DNA of 35,026 nt from Fibrobacteria bacterium (GTDB lineage: Bacteria; Fibrobacterota; Fibrobacteria; UBA11236), in the NCBI GenBank assembly GCA_041483475.1, contig JBGPFT010000001.1, positions 1-35,026 on the forward strand, in the 5' to 3' direction. The translations under genes and the position numbers were made by a program. Under the pieces are notes generated by a model. It searched no databases, was not told the origin of the DNA, and saw only the letters and a list, made by a program, of their open reading frames with translations. Below, piece after piece: positions 31,665 through 35,026 of the stretch; within the stretch, counting starts at the first letter, position 1, and the number at the start of each line of letters is the position of its first letter.

Positions 31665-32570
31665 TTATTTCGGCTTGTTGGCCGCCGCCGTTTGGGTGGC
31701 TTTGACTAACCGGGCGATGTCGTTGTGGAACTGGCCTTGATCGACCTGCATGCCGTTGAGCAAGGTGCTCATTTGGCGGGTGAAGGCCGCCATGGCGATG
31801 GCTTCGTCGATTTCGGCCTCGGTGGCCCCGTCCAGTTTGGCGAGTTCGGTGTGGTGGATGATGCAGAACCGGCAGGGAATTTGGGAGGCCACCGCGAGAC
31901 CGATGAGTTCCTTGTCCTTGGGAGAAACCGCGGTGTTGGGATTCATCTCGACTTCTTTCATTGTCCTCCAAGCCGAGGCGCGGGCCGCGTCCGGGAAGCG
32001 TTTGAAGAACTCGGGAACGAAGCCGATGCTTTGCGCGATATCCTTCAGCGCGCTTTGGCCGTCGACCACGGCGATGGGCGCTGGGGCCGGGGCTTTGCTG
32101 GCCATGGCTTTCCGGATATTGCTGACGACGCGGGCGGCGTCGGCGCGGAACTTGGCTTCATCGGTTTGGATCCCGTTGAGTACGGTGCTCCAATGCCGCG
32201 TGATGGCGGCCATGCCCACGGCGTCGCCCAGTTCGGCTTCGCTGGCTCCGTTGAGCTTGGCGAATTCGGTGTGGGCTTCGATGCAATATTTGCAGGGGAT
32301 TTGCGCCGCGACTCCCAGGCCGATCAATTCCTTCACCTTGCCGGGCAAGGCCGTATTGGGATTCATTTGCAGCGTCTTCATCTCCTCCCAAGTGCCCGGT
32401 AACATCTGCTCCGGAAATTCGAGGAAGAAATGCGGCACGAAGCCGAGCGTCTTTTGGATGTCGGCGCGAGCTTCCGCCGCTGCCGGATTGCTTTCACTTC
32501 CCCGGGCCGCGGTCAATGCCGCTCCCAGCAATAAGAGGGTGGCGCTGAGGGTTGCGATATACTTTTTCAT
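31665..32570 (-). CDS. Secreted protein with two tandem carboxymuconolactone-decarboxylase / AhpD-like domains, each with CxxCxxxH
   Basis: 301 aa. Signal peptide MKKYIATLSATLLLLGAALTAA. Two collinear halves carry GFVP.FF..FP, MNPNTA, KELIGL.VA.QIPC(K/R)(Y/F)CI..HT and A.L.GA.EAE. The SD AGGAGA lies 6 nt before the ATG. Confidence 0.8.
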   Translation of the reverse strand: MKKYIATLSATLLLLGAALTAARGSESNPAAAEARADIQKTLGFVPHFFLEFPEQMLPGTWEEMKTLQMNPNTALPGKVKELIGLGVAAQIPCKYCIEAHTEFAKLNGASEAELGDAVGMAAITRHWSTVLNGIQTDEAKFRADAARVVSNIRKAMASKAPAPAPIAVVDGQSALKDIAQSIGFVPEFFKRFPDAARASAWRTMKEVEMNPNTAVSPKDKELIGLAVASQIPCRFCIIHHTELAKLDGATEAEIDEAIAMAAFTRQMSTLLNGMQVDQGQFHNDIARLVKATQTAAANKPK

Positions 32571-32573
32571 TTT

Positions 32574-32642
32574 GTTCTCCTGTTTGGGTTGGTGGTTTTT
32601 TCCCGTCGGGCTCCGTTGTGGCTCCCTTCGGATGAGGAGAAC
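32574..32642 (-). promoter_or_regulatory. Possible SD-sequestering stem in the 5' leader of the tandem-CMD gene
   Basis: On the mRNA, GTTCTCCT (complement of 32635-32642) can pair with AGGAGAAC (complement of 32574-32581). The latter contains the Shine-Dalgarno sequence. The stem is 8 bp with a loop of about 53 nt. Confidence 0.25.
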
Positions 32643-32715
32643 TTAGGGGGCGCGCGTGTGCATCCCCGTGGGTAGAAGCGTGGAAATGGATTGGGTGCGT
32701 AAAACCGGGGATTTT

Positions 32716-32738
32716 CCCGTGAAAAACGGGTTTTTATT
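32716..32738 (+). terminator. Terminator-shaped hairpin oriented on the plus strand (CCCGT-GAAAA-ACGGG-TTTTTATTT), immediately 3' of the minus-strand STAND gene stop
   Basis: Read directly. The U-tract is on the plus strand only. On the minus strand the same hairpin is preceded by an A-tract and followed by AAAATCCCCGGTTTT. Confidence 0.3.
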
Positions 32739-35026
32739 TCAAATCGGATTACCCAAACCCATAGCCAATTCTTCCACGAGTCCGTGAATTCGGCTCGGCA
32801 ACGGATCGGGGGATTTCAACGCTTGCTGGATTTTGGCCCATTGAGATACGGCTTCTTCCTTTCGCCCCGCTTTCAAGGCCGTCAATCCGAGCAGGCAGCG
32901 GGCCCAGGTCGGCTCGGTGACGCGATTCAAGGGTTCGCAGCGTTCGATGGCTTCCCGGCAACGCCCGTGTATGTCCTTCAGCAATCCGGCCCGCAAGTCG
33001 AGTTCGCTCCAGAACAGCAGCACATACGAAGTGATGACCTTGCAATCGTCGGCCCGCAGTCGTTCCAGGCTTCGGTTGAATTTGGCCTCGGCGTCGGGTT
33101 CTCCCAGAATGCGATAGGCGAGGGAAGCGAGGGCGTCGGGGAAATGCCGATCCGCCGATTTTTGCACCACGTCTTCCAGCGCCCGCATCTTTTCCGCGCA
33201 GGCCAGAGCCTCCACGGGAGCGTCGTCTTCCAATTCCAGGCGCGTCAACGAGCAATAGATCTGATGCTCGAAATGGGGGAGATTTTTCGCCCGCATCAAC
33301 ACCTGGGCCTTGGCGAGATGGGAACGGGCTTCGTCCAGACGGCCCTCGCGATGCGCCAACCATCCATGCGACGTGCGGGTGTCCGCCTCGTCCATATCGT
33401 GTTCGGCGCAGATCTTTTCCGCTTCCCGGATCAACTGCATGGCCCGGGGAATTTCCTGGTCCGTGGCGATCAGGCATAACGCCATTCCGGACAGGGAATA
33501 GGCGCGCGCGGACGGATCCTCGATTCCGGAAACCACTTCCCGCATTTGCAAGGCGGCTTCGCGCAAATCCCCAGGCTGGTTTTGCACGTAGCGCACCGTG
33601 GCCATGGCGTAAAGCGCGGCCATCAAAGTTTCTTGCTGTCCCTGTTCCTTGGCTTTCACAATCAGCCGGTTCAGGCGCGTTTCCAAACTTTCATGCAATC
33701 GCCCCATGCAATGCACCACCCGGGTGGTCATGAGGCAGAATTCACGCTGTTGGACCCAATGATCGCCCAGTCTGTCGAGATGATCCAGACCGGACTCCAC
33801 CAGTTTTTCGACGGCCTCGAAGGCGCGCAGCCGGAAGCAATGCTGGCTCGCTTCCAGGCAGGCTTCGGCGGCCAATTCCCATTGTTCCCCGTGTTCCGCG
33901 TGATGCGCGACTTCCTCCCAACCGCGCCGGAGCGACGGATTCTGTTTCAGGATTTGCGCCACGTGGGCATGCATGCGCATGCGTCGTGGAGCTGAAAGCG
34001 AGGCTTGCGCGCGCTGGCGTATGAGATCGTGGCCGAACAAGTATTCCATGCCGGCATCGCCTTCCACCACTTGCATCAACCCTTGAGCTTCCAACAATTC
34101 CAGGGACGAGAGCAAGGCGTGGACGGGCAGGTCCAACAAAGTTTCCATCAGCGCGGGAGGAAGGCCGCGGCCAAGCAAGGAAGCCCATTGCAAAATATCC
34201 CGCCCGGTTTCGCCCGCCATGCGAATGCGTTCATCCAGCATCGCTTCCAACGAAGCGCGCGCCCCTTGATCCTCCCCGCCGCCTTCCAACGCCAAGGCGA
34301 TGGAAGCTAAGGGATGTCCGGCGCTTTTCGCGAACACCGCACCGGGATCGCGTTGCGAACCGACCAATCTCAACAAATCGGCCGTGCCTTCCGCGCTGAG
34401 CGGACCGATGTCCCAGGTTTCCGACCACCCCTCCCGTTGCAGCAGGCGCCGAAAGGCTTCCACGCTTTTATCCTGCGGCGAGGCCACGGAGCGCAGGCTT
34501 CCCAACATCAAACGAAAGGGGCGGTCCGGATCGCGGATCAGGTATTGCAGCAAAGCCACGGAGGACGGATCCAGCCAATGCAAGTCGTCGAAGATCAAGA
34601 CCAGCGGCGCCGACCGGGACAATTCGCCCAACCAATCTTTCACCGCTTCAAAAAGGGCGATGGGGTCGAGGCCGCCTTCCGGCAAACTGGAAGGGCGAAG
34701 CAAAGGGCCGCCGGCTTCGGCGCGCTCCGAGGCGATGGCGCGGGCCGCGTCGATCCAAGGCCCGAAAGCGCGGCCCCTTTCCGCTTCGAAGGCTCGGCCC
34801 CGCAATTGGATCCATCCCTGGGCCGTCAACACCTTCCCCATCTCCTGCAACAAACGGGTTTTTCCGATGCCGGGTTCTCCGCTGAGCAAATGCAATTTCC
34901 CGTCCGGGGTTTGCGAGGCAGCGGATAACAGGGCGGAGAAACGCTCCATCTCTTTTTCGCGCCCGGCCATGGGCGGCTGGGCCGGGGAAGCTGGAGCCCG
35001 GGATTTTTTTTCTGGAGTACCCTGTA
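32739..35026 (-). CDS. STAND-type NTPase (AAA_16 P-loop domain) with C-terminal TPR-like helical repeats; reading frame open to the window end
   Basis: 743 aa from the first ATG (34970). Walker A GEPGIGKT, Walker B plus signature LVLIFDDLHWLD, then a long helical repeat region. The frame stays stop-free upstream of the ATG to position 35026 (QGTPEKKSRAPASPAQPP), so an additional N-terminal domain outside the window is possible. Confidence 0.75.
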   Translation of the reverse strand, partial: QGTPEKKSRAPASPAQPPMAGREKEMERFSALLSAASQTPDGKLHLLSGEPGIGKTRLLQEMGKVLTAQGWIQLRGRAFEAERGRAFGPWIDAARAIASERAEAGGPLLRPSSLPEGGLDPIALFEAVKDWLGELSRSAPLVLIFDDLHWLDPSSVALLQYLIRDPDRPFRLMLGSLRSVASPQDKSVEAFRRLLQREGWSETWDIGPLSAEGTADLLRLVGSQRDPGAVFAKSAGHPLASIALALEGGGEDQGARASLEAMLDERIRMAGETGRDILQWASLLGRGLPPALMETLLDLPVHALLSSLELLEAQGLMQVVEGDAGMEYLFGHDLIRQRAQASLSAPRRMRMHAHVAQILKQNPSLRRGWEEVAHHAEHGEQWELAAEACLEASQHCFRLRAFEAVEKLVESGLDHLDRLGDHWVQQREFCLMTTRVVHCMGRLHESLETRLNRLIVKAKEQGQQETLMAALYAMATVRYVQNQPGDLREAALQMREVVSGIEDPSARAYSLSGMALCLIATDQEIPRAMQLIREAEKICAEHDMDEADTRTSHGWLAHREGRLDEARSHLAKAQVLMRAKNLPHFEHQIYCSLTRLELEDDAPVEALACAEKMRALEDVVQKSADRHFPDALASLAYRILGEPDAEAKFNRSLERLRADDCKVITSYVLLFWSELDLRAGLLKDIHGRCREAIERCEPLNRVTEPTWARCLLGLTALKAGRKEEAVSQWAKIQQALKSPDPLPSRIHGLVEELAMGLGNPI

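Noticed and set aside
1-35026. Search for rRNA, tRNA, tmRNA, CRISPR arrays, integrases, transposases, toxin-antitoxin pairs or restriction-modification genes that would mark a mobile or defence island.
   Set aside because: None was recognisable on either strand. Apart from the 5895-6008 AT-rich promoter island there is no compositional break, so the window looks like core chromosome rather than an accessory island.

Overview
GC-rich bacterial chromosomal window, densely coded, with about 28 supportable protein genes and no rRNA, tRNA, CRISPR array, transposase or integrase. Many genes are joined by 4-nt start/stop overlaps (ATGA, GTGA, TTGA), so they sit in tight operons. Gene order is as follows. 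(1) 1-5894, minus strand: a cytoplasmic sugar-acid or unsaturated-uronate catabolic operon (enolase-superfamily enzyme, MFS transporter, XRE-cupin regulator, GH88-like unsaturated glucuronyl hydrolase, SDR, Eda). It is driven from the only AT-rich stretch in the window (5895-6008), which it shares with a divergent OYE-type flavin oxidoreductase. (2) 7496-14208, minus strand: a four-gene operon of secreted beta-propeller proteins (two tandem paralogs, a BNR-4 protein and a PQQ/GSDH-type dehydrogenase). Three of the four end in T9SS-type C-terminal sorting domains. (3) 14441-22690: a divergent MCE/Mla-type lipid-transport locus. One arm is STAS-MlaE, MlaF, a long MlaD, a PqiC-like lipoprotein and an orphan 547-aa beta-barrel. 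The other arm is a TolC-family protein, MlaC and two small membrane proteins. (4) 22721-27262, minus strand: serS, a PorY-like histidine kinase, a PorX-like receiver-PglZ regulator and tsaE as one packed operon. (5) A REPIN-like pair of inverted hairpin repeats (27301-27488), a TonB-dependent-receptor-like barrel, DegP/HtrA, a secreted tandem AhpD/CMD protein, and a STAND-type AAA_16-TPR NTPase that runs off the window end. The T9SS-type sorting domains together with PorX suggest a high-GC member of the FCB group, but the taxon cannot be determined here. The leads I rank highest are the hybrid Mla/Pqi/TolC envelope locus, the T9SS-cargo beta-propeller operon and the serS-porY-porX-tsaE operon. 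All family calls come from by-eye motif recognition and no database search was possible.
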